Under the pieces are notes generated by a model. That model was not told the origin of the DNA. It did no database searches and was given only the letters and a program-made list of their open reading frames with translations. Of a DNA stretch of 64,000 nucleotides, positions 1 to 11,300 are shown piece after piece. The position numbers and the translations under genes are program-made. The stretch comes from Dipteris shenzhenensis (Eukaryota): assembly GCA_047967505.1 (NCBI GenBank), contig CM106538.1, one strand, 5' to 3'. Within the stretch, counting starts at the first letter, position 1; every line of letters begins with the position of its first letter.

Positions 1-899
1 GGCCTCAATCTATTATGAGTGACAAAGATCCACGCATGACGAGTCTGTTTTGGAGAGGGCTCTTTGAGAGTATGGGACTACATTAAAGTTATCATCTTCT
101 TTTCATCCTCAAACGGATGGGCAGCTAATTCCACTATACTTGACTTGCTGAAATGTTATGTGTCTGAGCATAAGATACAATGGGAGCAGTATTTTCCCTT
201 AGTGGAGTTTTCTTACAACAATATCGTGCATACTTCCACCGGGAAATCTCTATTTGAAATAGTAGAAAGAGGGAGGAAAGTCCCACCTATCTTGCATACT
301 AAAGATAAGATTTTTGAGGCTGCTAAGTATGTTGAGAGTATGGATGTGGCATATTAGAAGGTGAAGCAAGCTCTCTACCATCGTGAACTAGTGTTTAAAG
401 AAGGTCATTGGGTTCTTGAAGAGGCAAGGCTGAAAAAGAAGAGGGGCAAAGGCTGATTGTTCCCCAAGTTGAGTATGTGATACTAGGGGTCTTTTCAAAT
501 TTCAGAAAAGATAAGCGATGTAGCTTTCAAATTGGAGCTACCAGAGAACTAGAGGATTCACAACGCTTTCCATGTGAGTCTCCTTAAGCCCTTCCAGGGG
601 GATGTATGCCTTTTGAGATGAACCAGAGGTTGAGGAGCTGGATGAGATCCTAGTTCGAGCAGATTTGGACACATAAGGAAAGGAAGATCAGAGGAGAGTT
701 TCCCATCGCTACATGGTGAGATTTTGGAATTATTCACCATTGCATGCAAAGTGGCTAGAAGAGGATGATCTTGCAGATAGACCTCAGTTGTTACAGCTCT
801 ACTTTGAAGCATTTCAGCTTGAGCCAACTTTGGTTGTGGCCCCTTCAAGCTCAGCAGAGCATAGGTCTGGAGCATTACCTAATGCTCAAGAGGGGTAGG
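1..899 (+). mobile_element. Ty3/Gypsy (chromovirus-type) pol remnant: integrase C-terminal half plus chromodomain, degenerate
   Basis: Motifs PLVEFSYNN..H.STGKS.FE and VAFKLELP...RIHNAFHVSLLKPF, chromodomain-like VRFWNYSPLHAKWLEE, then a purine run (AAGAGGGG) as possible PPT. Many stops. Confidence 0.8.
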
Positions 900-984
900 T
901 CCTGTGTTGCTTTTATATAGAGTGTAAACTTCCTCCACTCTCATTTGCTCTCCCTCTCTCCCTCAATAGATACACTAGGGTGTT

Positions 985-1555
985 GCCGCTGCTGCTGCTC
1001 CCCGCTCCCTCCTGCTGCCCGCCTTGCTGCTCCCTCCCTCCCCTCCATGCTGCTTCCTCCCTCCCCCCTACCCTCGTCTCCCCTCCTCCTCTTCCGCTGC
1101 TGCAGCCCCCCCTGCGCGCTGCCTCCTCCCCCCTGCGCGCTGCCTCCCCCTTGCGCGCTACTGCCTCCCCTCTGCGCGCTGCCTCCTCCCTCCCCTCCCC
1201 CTTGCCTGCTGCTCCCCCCTGCAGCCTGCTGCAGCAAACCCCCCCCCCCCCCCGCCTCCCCCTTGCGTGCTACCTCCTCCCCCCTGCGCGCTGCCTCTTC
1301 CCTCCCCTCCCCCCTGCGCTGCTGCTCCCCCCTGCGCTGCTGCCAGCCCCCCCCTGCGCTGCTTCAGCCCCCCCTCGCTGCTGCCAGCCCCTTCCCCTCC
1401 CTCTCCTCCACTCCTCCTCTCCTCTTTCCTCCCCTCCTCTTCCTTCTTCCTCTCCCTTTGCTGCCCCCTCTTCTTCCTCTCCTCTACTTGCTGACTCCTC
1501 CTCTCCTTGCTCCTTCCTCTCTCTCTCTCCTTCCTTTCACCCTCTCCCCTCATCT
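985..1555. repeat. C/T-rich low-complexity tandem region (variants of GCTGCCTCCTCCCCCCTGCGC)
   Basis: Visible imperfect ~21-nt units followed by a CT tract. Probably TE-derived (LTR or UTR). Confidence 0.75.
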
Positions 1556-1792
1556 GGAGTACCCCTATTTTTGTTAGGGGTCTCCTGGGCTTCAGGAAAG
1601 CGGACGGAGTTCTTTTTTTGTAATGAATCTTTTTTTTTCTCTCTTAGATGCAAATGTATACACATGCACTTGCTAACATACATGCACGCCAATGGTTGCA
1701 AATTTATCACCATTTAGATATGTATGCTAAAAGTATCTCAATGTTTTCAGTCACTGATCACGTTTGACTGATTATATTTTTGCGAATTGCAG

Positions 1793-1973
1793 TTTCATGT
1801 TGATGCTGTCTTGGACCTTGCGTCGCACTTCCTCACTCGTCTCCGGCGTTATGCTAGTTTTTGTCGAACTCTAGCAACGCATGCTGCTGGCAATACACCT
1901 CCAAATGTTGCCAACACTCGGCTTCCAACTTCAACTTCAAGTGCAAGTGGATCAACCCCAGCTCCATCTCAAG
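1793..1973 (+). CDS. MED16: Mediator subunit 16 (SFR6), internal exon; upstream exons lie outside the window
   Basis: Acceptor TTGCAG|TTT, donor AAG|GTAACT (phase 1). Encodes FHVDAVLDLASHFLTRLRRYASFCRTLATHAA, recognised as plant MED16/SFR6. Confidence 0.95.
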
Positions 1974-2157
1974 GTAACTCCGATGCTCAAAGAATCGCCT
2001 TTTATAATTAAATTAATTGTGCTCTCTCCACCCTCAGGTTTGCCCCCAGTATCTAGATAAGTTTGATGTAAAGCAATCCAGTGAATATAAATTAACTCAC
2101 AAAGGTTGCCAGTCTTCTTCCTTGGTCAATGTGACCGAGACTGTTTATGCATCTCAG

Positions 2158-2460
2158 GCTCACAAGCTGCATCAGGAAGCAGCAACAGTACAACATCTGT
2201 GCAGGCTTGGGTCCAGGGAGCAATAGCAAAGGTCAACAACAGTTCAGAAGGCGCAGTGTCATTAACTTCGTCTGTCGTGACAGGAACTGTGACACCATTA
2301 CAGCTGACTGTCAGCCAGGCAGCATTTCCAGGGATGCCAGCTGTAAGGCTAATTGGCGACTGTAATTTTCTTCATAGACTTTGTCAACTTCTATTGTTCT
2401 GCCTCATCTTCCGGAGACGGCAGTTACCACGCTATGTAGCTACACCAAAGAATCTCGATG
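2158..2460 (+). CDS. MED16: MED16 internal exon
   Basis: Acceptor CTCAG|GC (phase 1), donor GATG|GTAATT (phase 1). Encodes VQAWVQGAIAKV...FPGMPAVRLIGDCNFLHRLCQLLLFCLIFRRRQLPR. Confidence 0.93.
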
Positions 2461-2564
2461 GTAATTCTCCTCAGCTCTTCGGAGACTATATTTTGCTCTG
2501 ATATAACACCTAGATGAATCCATTGTAGTGTCAAGCATGAGAGCTAGTGGATTCTTTCTTTCAG

Positions 2565-2650
2565 GTATGGATGGCCCAGATGAGCTTGGAGGTGGACGCT
2601 CTTCACGTTCTGGAAGCGGAAATGCTGGTCAAGGGTATACATCAGATGAG
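2565..2650 (+). CDS. MED16: MED16 internal exon (86 nt)
   Basis: Acceptor TTTCTTTCAG|GT, donor GAG|GTTACA (phase 0). Encodes ...RSGSGNAGQGYTSDE, matching the MED16 GSGNAGQGYTxEE motif. Confidence 0.92.
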
Positions 2651-5600
2651 GTTACAATCACACTTGAACATTGTAGTGCTTGAAAAGTGAAATTTGTGGA
2701 GTAATTAATAATGCCATGTGCCCATCATGAATTGCGCAAGTGGAGTTGAAACGTTGCTGCCAATAGGTAATTGGTGTGACATACCCAGGCAGTCACTGGC
2801 TATCCTATGCCATTCATGGATCTAAATAGCTTGATGTCTTTTGTCTGTCTGTTGTAGAAGGCTAGATCATTGAGAAGCTGTTCATTGTCTGTCTGTTGTA
2901 GAAGGCTTGTTCATTCATCTTTGGCAGGGCAGTCTCCAGGCCCTACTGAGCCCTTAATCGATCTGAAAAGATCTCTTTCCTATAGTCTCTGTAGTAGATA
3001 AATAATGCTGGAGCATGTCCTGGTCTGCAGATTACTAGAGGAAGGTGTAGACTTCATTTTCCTGTTTTTATTCTTGTCATTGTGCAAGCCTTTCTACAGT
3101 GAAGCATCTTTCCTTTTGGCTGTTTGCAGCTGGGGTATACTTTCTCTGAAAAGTAGGCTTTGTTCAAGGAATATCATTGACTTCTAGGTATTGAGGGTGT
3201 GCTCAACTGAGTCTTTGGGCCAGAGGTTGGCAAGAGTTACTGGATTATCTTGGCAATACATCCAATTACAGCTGTTCCATGAGTATTGTTCAAAGTATAA
3301 GGCCTTCTCTTCCTTGGCTCGGGCAGTGTGTGGATCTTGACAGACAACCTTAAGCAGTCATATGCTCAGCACTGCTTCAAACTGATTCTTTCCTACAAAA
3401 TGAAATGCTAGGCTCAAATGAACGTTTTAGACCAAAAGAAGAAAATTTATAAGCTTGGCAGACTTAGCAAACATCACCTGGAAAAATGCATAAACAAGTC
3501 CATTTCAAAGTATTTTTTGTTGATTATTACTTATTATGAGTGATACAGCAGGCAAGCATTTTTCGTTTGTTGATGCAATGGACAAAACAAAGACTGTAGC
3601 ATCTATTTGGTTGGAGCTGTGTACAGAATAAATTGAATTAGGAAGTGTTTTCAGGCATGTGAATTGATTGTACCAAAAGCAGATTGTTAGGGCCACTCTA
3701 GGAGACTGAGGAAGGTGTACACTCCAGGATGGGCAAGAACGTTCATTTTGGTATCTGTATGGAGAGAGTCGTTTTTAAAAGAGGCTGTATACATAAATTT
3801 TATGGCCCTCATGAGCTTGTCAAGATAAGTGTATCACAAACATCATTTTCGGTTTGCTTTAATTTTTTGATATACTTTGGGAGAATCATGATCCATCGCT
3901 AACCAGATCTGGTAAGCCCCGGACCCTAGTAGGGTTACAACTTCAAGCGAGAGTTCAAACAAGTCCGAACAAACCACAGGATGGCTTGCACACAACCCAT
4001 AAGGGTTGAAACTAGCAGCTCACCTCCCAGCTGTAGGCTTAGTATGTTGAGTAACCCCTGAGCTAGAGGTGTAGACCACCACAGAGAGCCAGCCAGCCTT
4101 GAAGTTGAGACATGCGTCCCATACCAAATGCTCTTTCCTCTAGCTACCACTCCCAGGCCAGCAGGTCTACATCCGGAGGAGCACACTCCTTGGACCCCTG
4201 CTATCTTTAGCTGTGAGACTATACTTTAGCATCTATAAGTATAGGTCAGGGCTCATTATCAGGGCCCCTGCTATCTTTAGCTGTGAGACTATACTTTAGC
4301 ATGCATGTGTAAAGTAACTTTATTTCGTTGCCACGCGTTGCTAAGTATTGCTCAGCCATGCCACGTCTTTAGCAGGCCAGCTCAATCCATAGGATATAGA
4401 CCTCAATTATGCAAGCTCTGGTCACAACCCAGGCTATTTCTAACCCGAGGTTAGACCACGCTCTAACCTTAGATCTAATCCTAGATGCCAAGTAATCAGG
4501 CCTAGGTTTTGGTTACGCCTATACCCTAACTACTAACTAGTCATGGATGTAACATTCTCCTTTCCTTAAACTAGATGTAAGTCAAGGTAGGAGAGTTGAT
4601 TCTTAGACTATACATCTCAATCGTTCATTTGATTCCAAATGGTATTATCTGTGGTGTGTCCTTTCAAAGGAATTTTGGAATCAAAACATTTACCACGCAT
4701 GGTAAATGGAGAAGTATCAGCTCGAGAGTCTTCTGGTAAAATCAAAGGCTGATTGTAACCAATTCTGATCCAAGGCTTTGAGTAAGTTATATTCAATATC
4801 CAATTGAATGTTCAAATTCTGATTCAGCATGAAACAGAATTAGCGTTGTAATTTTTCATTGTCATGCCTAGGTATAGAAATTCTTCTTTCAGATTTTGGA
4901 TTCTACATAGTAGCTGTAAGGTAGTATCTGAATTGTAATCCCTCAGAATTTATTTGAATACACGTAGGTACAATAGAAGAATTTAGTGCTCCTGGCAGAT
5001 GATGAAACAAGTTACATCTCTATATAATTTTCTTTTTACAGAAAGTTGAATGTGGCTGGCTTACCAAAAATCATTAGTAATTACTAGTCATCTTACCCAA
5101 TATTGTTTGGGTAACAACAGTCCATTGGGTTTGTCTTCTCAGTCACACTCTCCAATGGAGAAAGCAAGATATTACAAAGTATCAAGCTACTGAAGTTCTC
5201 AGCTAGAACTTCTTTGGCTCTCAGTGAATTTATCAGCTTTACTAGTGCCCACCACATTTTGAACCTTACACCAATTATTAAAGGCAAGCCCATTGTTAAG
5301 GGTTCTGAATACCTTGCCACATAGGAATTCTTCCACAATAGTATTTATAGTGTCCCATACAACTACAAACCACCCCTCAAGATGACCTATCTGTTGGAGA
5401 TATCATAGCCAAAGAGTGTGGTGATGTGATGTGTTAGCGTGTATACTAGGTGATCTAGTACTAGTTCATGTGTGAGTCATGTGTGAGTGACACGTGTCAT
5501 TATGGGACTTATCCCACATGCACTAGGTGCGAGTGTGTGTGTGTGTGTAGCCTATATAAAGGCTTGTACTTCACTTGTCATGAAATACTTGATGAATGAA

Positions 5601-5679
5601 TGAAAGCCTTTGTCATGTCTTCATTTGAGCATCATTTCCTCACACCCTAACCTTCTCTCTCACCCTCTTCACTAGAGGA

Positions 5680-6850
5680 GGGGTAAAGGATGCCGTAATG
5701 AAACTTCATAATGGCTGAGCGAAGGATCATGAGGGGTTATGCACTGAGTTCATTGCATATGGGATTAACCTCCTAGCCCCGATCTTAGCAAAGCTTTTAA
5801 ATGAAGCTGTTTGTTTGGGATTTCCACACACTTGGACCATTAACACTATCTCACCCATCCACAAGGCAAGGGATCCCATGAGCCCGGAGAACTAGAGGGC
5901 CATTATGATTGGACATGTCATGTCCAAGATTTATGCATGAGTACTTGACTCCGAGGTTAGCAGACTTGCAGAGTCTCGAGGACTTAGAGCAGTAGGACAA
6001 GCCGGATTCCGGCGTGATCATGGAACCATGGACCACATTCTTACGCTCATATCTATCATCGAGGAGGCAAGGTCACAGAAGCAAAGGGTTTATTGTTTCT
6101 TTGTGGATTTCCGCAAGGCATTTGACACGGTTCCAAGAGCCTACCTCATACGGCGCCTACAGGACTTGGGCTACGACCAGGAGATCATTTGGGCTGTCAT
6201 GGCACTTTACGAGAGAGTTTCATGCAAAGTTCGAGCACCGGATGGACAGACGAGATCATGAGTACCATCGGGGTCAAATAAGGGTGTCCTTTGTCGCCTA
6301 CCTTGTTTGGCCTCTACATTGACGAGCTTGAGACAGTAATGCAGACACAGGGGGGTGTAGGTTGCTCTCTTGCGGGCACGTTGATCTAGATATTGCTCTA
6401 CGCAGATGACGTGGCTCTCTCGTCTTCCTCAGCAGAGGGGCTCCAGAGACACCTAGATGCACTACAGTCCTTTTGTGAGTCTCATGATTTGAAGGTCAAC
6501 CTGGGTAAAACCAAGGTCATGATCTTCAATACATCTCGAGCCATCATGCGTCAGGAGCAGTTCACATTTGAGGGGTCACCTGTTGAGATAGTTCTATCAT
6601 ACACTTATCTCGGGGTTATCTTCTCCGAACCCAGCTTCACTATGAGACCCGCGATGCAGGCACGCTTGAGCAGAGGGTATGCTTCATTGGCTAGACTAGA
6701 GAGGCAGTGCTTCCGCTCACACTTTCAGGATCCACGCACCAAGGGGTTGCTTTTTGACTTCTTGGTTAGGATGTACGGAAGCCCTTGTTGGGGATCGCAC
6801 TTGTCGGATATAGAGTGGGCCCGTGTGGAGCGGTTACAGGTTCTCATGTT
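5680..6850 (+). mobile_element. Non-L1 LINE (RTE/CR1-like) reverse transcriptase fragment
   Basis: Motifs YCFFVDFRKAFDTVPR, GCPLSPTLFGLYID, LLYADDVAL, VNLGKTKVMIFN and SYTYLGVIF, with stops. Exact clade not determined. Confidence 0.85.
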
Positions 6851-8369
6851 CTCCTCCTTGCAGCCATTTGCTTCTGTTTTTGCCTCCTCCATAGCCAGCC
6901 GCCTCTTCATTCCTTGCTGTTTTCGTAGCCACCTTCATTTAAGCCCTCTTGGAGCTGTAACTAGGCTCTTGGCAGCCTCCCTGCTAGCTGGTCGGCAACT
7001 CCTGCAAGGCGCACCTGCCCAAGTGGTTCAACAAAGCTGTTTTGGAGGTTTTCATCGCCAAGAACAGCCTTTCCATTGCTGCTGCAGCAGAGCCGACCAC
7101 CTGCGCACATTCTTGGCAGAAGTTCGAGGTCTTTGAAGGCTTTTTTGAGCTATTCTGAGGTTGCTGCTGCAATTCCGACCTGTTTCTGAGGCTGTTGCTG
7201 CATAGCGGCCCCTAACAAAGCAATTTCGAGACTGATTCTTGGATTCCAGCTCATCTACAGCTGCGATTTTTCATTGTAGTGGCCTGCTACAACATTCGGA
7301 GCTGTTGCAGGGAGCCGCCTTTCACTTCAAAGACCTGCTGTTGCATTTTGGTACCCCACACACTTGCTACAGCACCTCAGTGTACCTTGGAGCTGTTTTG
7401 CTGAGCAGCTTCACAAATTTCGAGGCATAAATCGTTGAAGACAGAGCTGGCAATGACTGTAATGCATAGGGCCGTGTGTCGCGCAATTGGTTACACACAC
7501 ATTAGCAATCTTTGGCTAATCAGTCCATACTTCAATGGAGGTAATATTCATGACATGCTCATGAGCCTACCTTTCATGTATCATGATTATCCGAACTGGG
7601 CAAGGCAAGGCAACCCCTGCAAACAACCTCGCAATGCATGGCATGATACACGGAGTCAGATGCGAGGCTGCTCTCAGATTCGGGTTCACATTTGGAGCAT
7701 CTCAAGGCATTTATATCTGTTCTTTTGCACACAAGGAGATTGCTCTTAAAGACCATGACCAGCCTATTTATTTGCTGGTTCTTCATCTTAGCTTGCTGCC
7801 CGCCTTCACACAAATTTTTGCCATCATGACTTCGTTGTCTTCTACTTCCTTGCTCGTGGAGAAGTTTAAGGGGGAGGGTTTTCCCACATGGCAAACCAAA
7901 ATGCAGCTGCTCCTTATGAGTGAAGGAGTTTGGGAGGATGTTGAGGATGACCAGATTGAGCTACTTGATCAACAACACCAAAGGATAGCATAATGCTAAG
8001 GCCATTGCCGTCATTGGTCTTTGCGTAGCCGACTCTCACATCCATCATGTGGATTTCAAGTCGACAGCTAAGCAGATTTGGAGTCGGCTCGAGACCTTGT
8101 TTGGTAATAAAATCACCAACTCTAAAGTCTTTCTAAAGCTCAAGTTTTATGATCTTAAAACGGAAGAGAGTGATGAGTTGAGTGATGATCTAGCCTGGTT
8201 TCAATCTCTTATTCAACAACTCTCAAGTTTGAAAAGTGTACCTACTGATGAAGATAAGATGGCTATTCTTATGAAGAGTATGCATGGAATTTCTCGCTTT
8301 GAGCACACTCTTTTAAGTCCTTCATCTTGCCACTACCACGTTTGATGATATGGTGGCACTCCTCGTTAA

Positions 8370-11300
8370 GCCCGCCCCTTCCTCTCCCTCTCCTCTCCCT
8401 CTCAGCCCCCTCCCTGCCCCTCCCTGCCCCTCCCTCTCCCTCTCCTCTCCCTCTCAGCCTGCCGCAGCCTCCTCTCAGCCCGCCCCCTTCCTGCCCCTCA
8501 GCCCGCCCCCTTCCTGCCTCTCCTTCCTCTCCCTCTCCTCTCCCTAGCCTGCCCCCTCCTTCCCTCTCAGCCTGCCCCCTCCCCTTCAGCCTCTCCCCTT
8601 TACCCCTCCCCTCCTCGCCCCTTCCCCCGCTCCCTCCTCGCCCCTTCCCTGTTTTCTACCCCCTATCTCCCGCAGCATTTTTTGGAGCGGAAGGAGCCTC
8701 CAAATTGTCAGAGTCGGCCTCCTCACCTCGATTGGCGATGGATACTCCGTCAGCCAATCCTACTCCACCTCCACCAACTATTACCTTTTCTAAAGACGAG
8801 TTGCAGCAGCTCAAGAAGGATGTAGAGATTGAATGCTCTACCACGTTGCTAGCACGCATCTTCAGGTCTCACCCCTCCAGATCCCAAGCCAGAGACTGGA
8901 TGCTTGCGGCTCTCCCCCCAAACCTCACTCCACGATTGTTAGATGTTCGTCTTCTGGGACGAGGTTTTTTCCAGGTTGTTTTTGACACTCCAGAGGCTGC
9001 GAGCACTGTGCTCAAAGCTGAGTTTTTACACCTAGGACACAGGAAGATCTTCTTTGAAGCCTTTCATATTGGTTTCGACCCAGTGGAGGCAGATAAGGAA
9101 ATCTTTTCGCTCTTTATCAGATTTCCCAGGCTTCCCCAGGTTTAACATCGACTTCTTTCTGTTATTGGGGAGCATTTTGGCGCAGTTGCTGAGATCCCAC
9201 CCCTCCCTAGGTTGCCATTGACTACAGCAGAGGCAACCAAGGCTGATGGGGTACCTAGAGTTAGGGTCCTCTGTAAGGATCCTAACCTCCAGCGCCCGGA
9301 TGGTTCCTTTTTTCGCCAGAGAGTAGAGATTTCAGGTAGATAGGACCAATGCAGGATATGCAGGACTATTGGACACTTTGCCATGGATTGCCCTAGGAAG
9401 AAGAAAAGGCCCAAGAAGCCCTCTGGTACAGCTACCACCCCATGGCCTCGACAGGGGGGACAGGGGGATGGTACAGGTCCAGCACTTGCTCCTCGGCCTC
9501 GACAGAGGGGTGGTACAGGTCCAGCACCTGCTCCTCGACCTTCGCATGGCGGTCCTCCTCAGGATGGTGGTGATATAGGTCCAGCACCTGCTCATCGGCC
9601 TCGACAGGGGAGTGGTACAGGTCCATCACCTGCTCCTCGACCCCCACATACCTCAGGGGCACGCGATGCTCTCCAGTGGGTTCCGGCACGTGTGCAGATC
9701 CCTCCTTCAGTTCACGAGGGTACATTAGTGGACTCTGCTTCACCTCGAGCTGTCTCTCCAGTCTCACCTCACACAGTCCGAGACACTGAAGCTTCGACCT
9801 CCTCCCCGGTTGCAGCTTTCTCCCTAGATCCAGCAGTGCCAAACGCTCTTCTTGAGGCAGTAGAGGTCTCCGCGGCTGGGCAGACACAGGATAGAGAGCA
9901 GGCCTCACTTCCTCCCTTGGATAGGGGGAAGGGGATGGTTTACACTATTGATCCTCTTCCCTCGGAAGGGATCCTTCGCACTCCGGTGTCTGGCTTGCTT
10001 CACAGGAACTCGTTTTCAGCCTTGGCAGATGGTTCAGATTTCCCAGAGGAGGAGTTTGTGCCCACTACTTTTGGGGAGCCAGTGATTGGGTTTCATGTTG
10101 ACAGGGCTTCTTCTTCAGGTGGCAGGGTTCTTTCCCCTGTTGATTTTCCGCCACTTGGTTCCATCCCTCCCTCCTCGAGCAGGAGGTCTTTCCCTGTTGA
10201 GGGGTTTGTTTCCGCCACTAGGTCGGGCAAGGTGTTCCAGTCTACATCCTCCCGTCGATGAGGATTATTAGTTGGAACATAGAGGGCCTAGGTGGTGTCC
10301 CACATCGCCGCCGTAGACAGCTGATCCGGGATCAGCTTCATCCAGGTGTTACTGGGGGTTCCATTGATATCTTATTTATTCAAGAGCACAAACTGGATTC
10401 TAGAGAGTGTGCCAAGTCATGCAAGTTGCTTTCTGGCCATACTTTTTGGTCGCCTGCCTTGGGCACCAAGGGGGGCACTTCTATTTCAGTTTCGTAGTCG
10501 GTTCTCCCCTTAGTTGTTGGACACGGAGTCATTATTCCCTCTAGAGCTTAGTGGATTATTCTTTTGATTGGAGGGCGTAAGGTTGGTTTCCTTAACCTGT
10601 ATGCCTCCAACATTAGAGGGGAACGTGTCCTTATGTGGAAGAATTTGCTCTCCTGGGCTCCCATTGTGGATTCATGGGTGATTGGAGGTGACTTTAACAT
10701 GGTCGAGTTACCGTCAAACAAAAAAGGAGGTAGAGAAGGCGGACTTCACTCTTTGGAGAGAGCAGCTTGGGATGCCTTCCTTTTTCACTTCTGTGGCAGA
10801 GATACTTGGTGGGATGATGCCTTTCTTATTCAGCCACAGTCTCTCCTGTTCTCTTCGTCGAACAGGAGGCAGCAGATGCCTATTTATGCACGCATTGACA
10901 AGTTCTATGTAGATGATTGGGCACTAGACAGAGGTGGATCGGTATGCATTGCTGCTGGGGTTTCCACTTCAGACCACTTTCCTATTGTGCTGGCTATCTC
11001 AGAGCCTCACTTGAGAGGACGGTCTGTCAGCATCAGGATTCCAGATGCCTTTTACACAGAGAAGGACCTTACAGAGGCAGCCTGCAGATATGGGTTTCTC
11101 ATGTCCAGGGTGGGCAGCCATATCCATCACATGTAGCCGCTGCCCTTTCTGGTATTAGCAACTTCTACCGCTCAGTTGCTTGTACCAGGAGACGAGATAT
11201 TCTCAGACGTGAGATTGGTGTTCGCCAGCAGTTGGCAGCTTTGCAGAGGGAAGAGCAGAAACGGCCTTCAGATGCTTGGATTCAGGAGCGTCTTGCTGCA

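Noticed and set aside
941-1717. Long overlapping Pro/Leu/Ser- or Gly/Arg-rich ORFs on both strands
   Set aside because: Artefacts of C-rich low-complexity DNA lacking stop codons; the region is intronic to MED16.
2950-3880. Possible coding remnant or extra MED16 exon near the intron start
   Set aside because: No recognisable motif, and the flanking exons already join contiguously.
5387-5391. TSD for E2 (CTATC versus TGATC at 21179-21183)
   Set aside because: Only 3 of 5 bases match; not claimed.
6393-7136. 247-aa ORF as an intact gene
   Set aside because: Chimera of a LINE RT fragment running into the Copia leader at ~6850.
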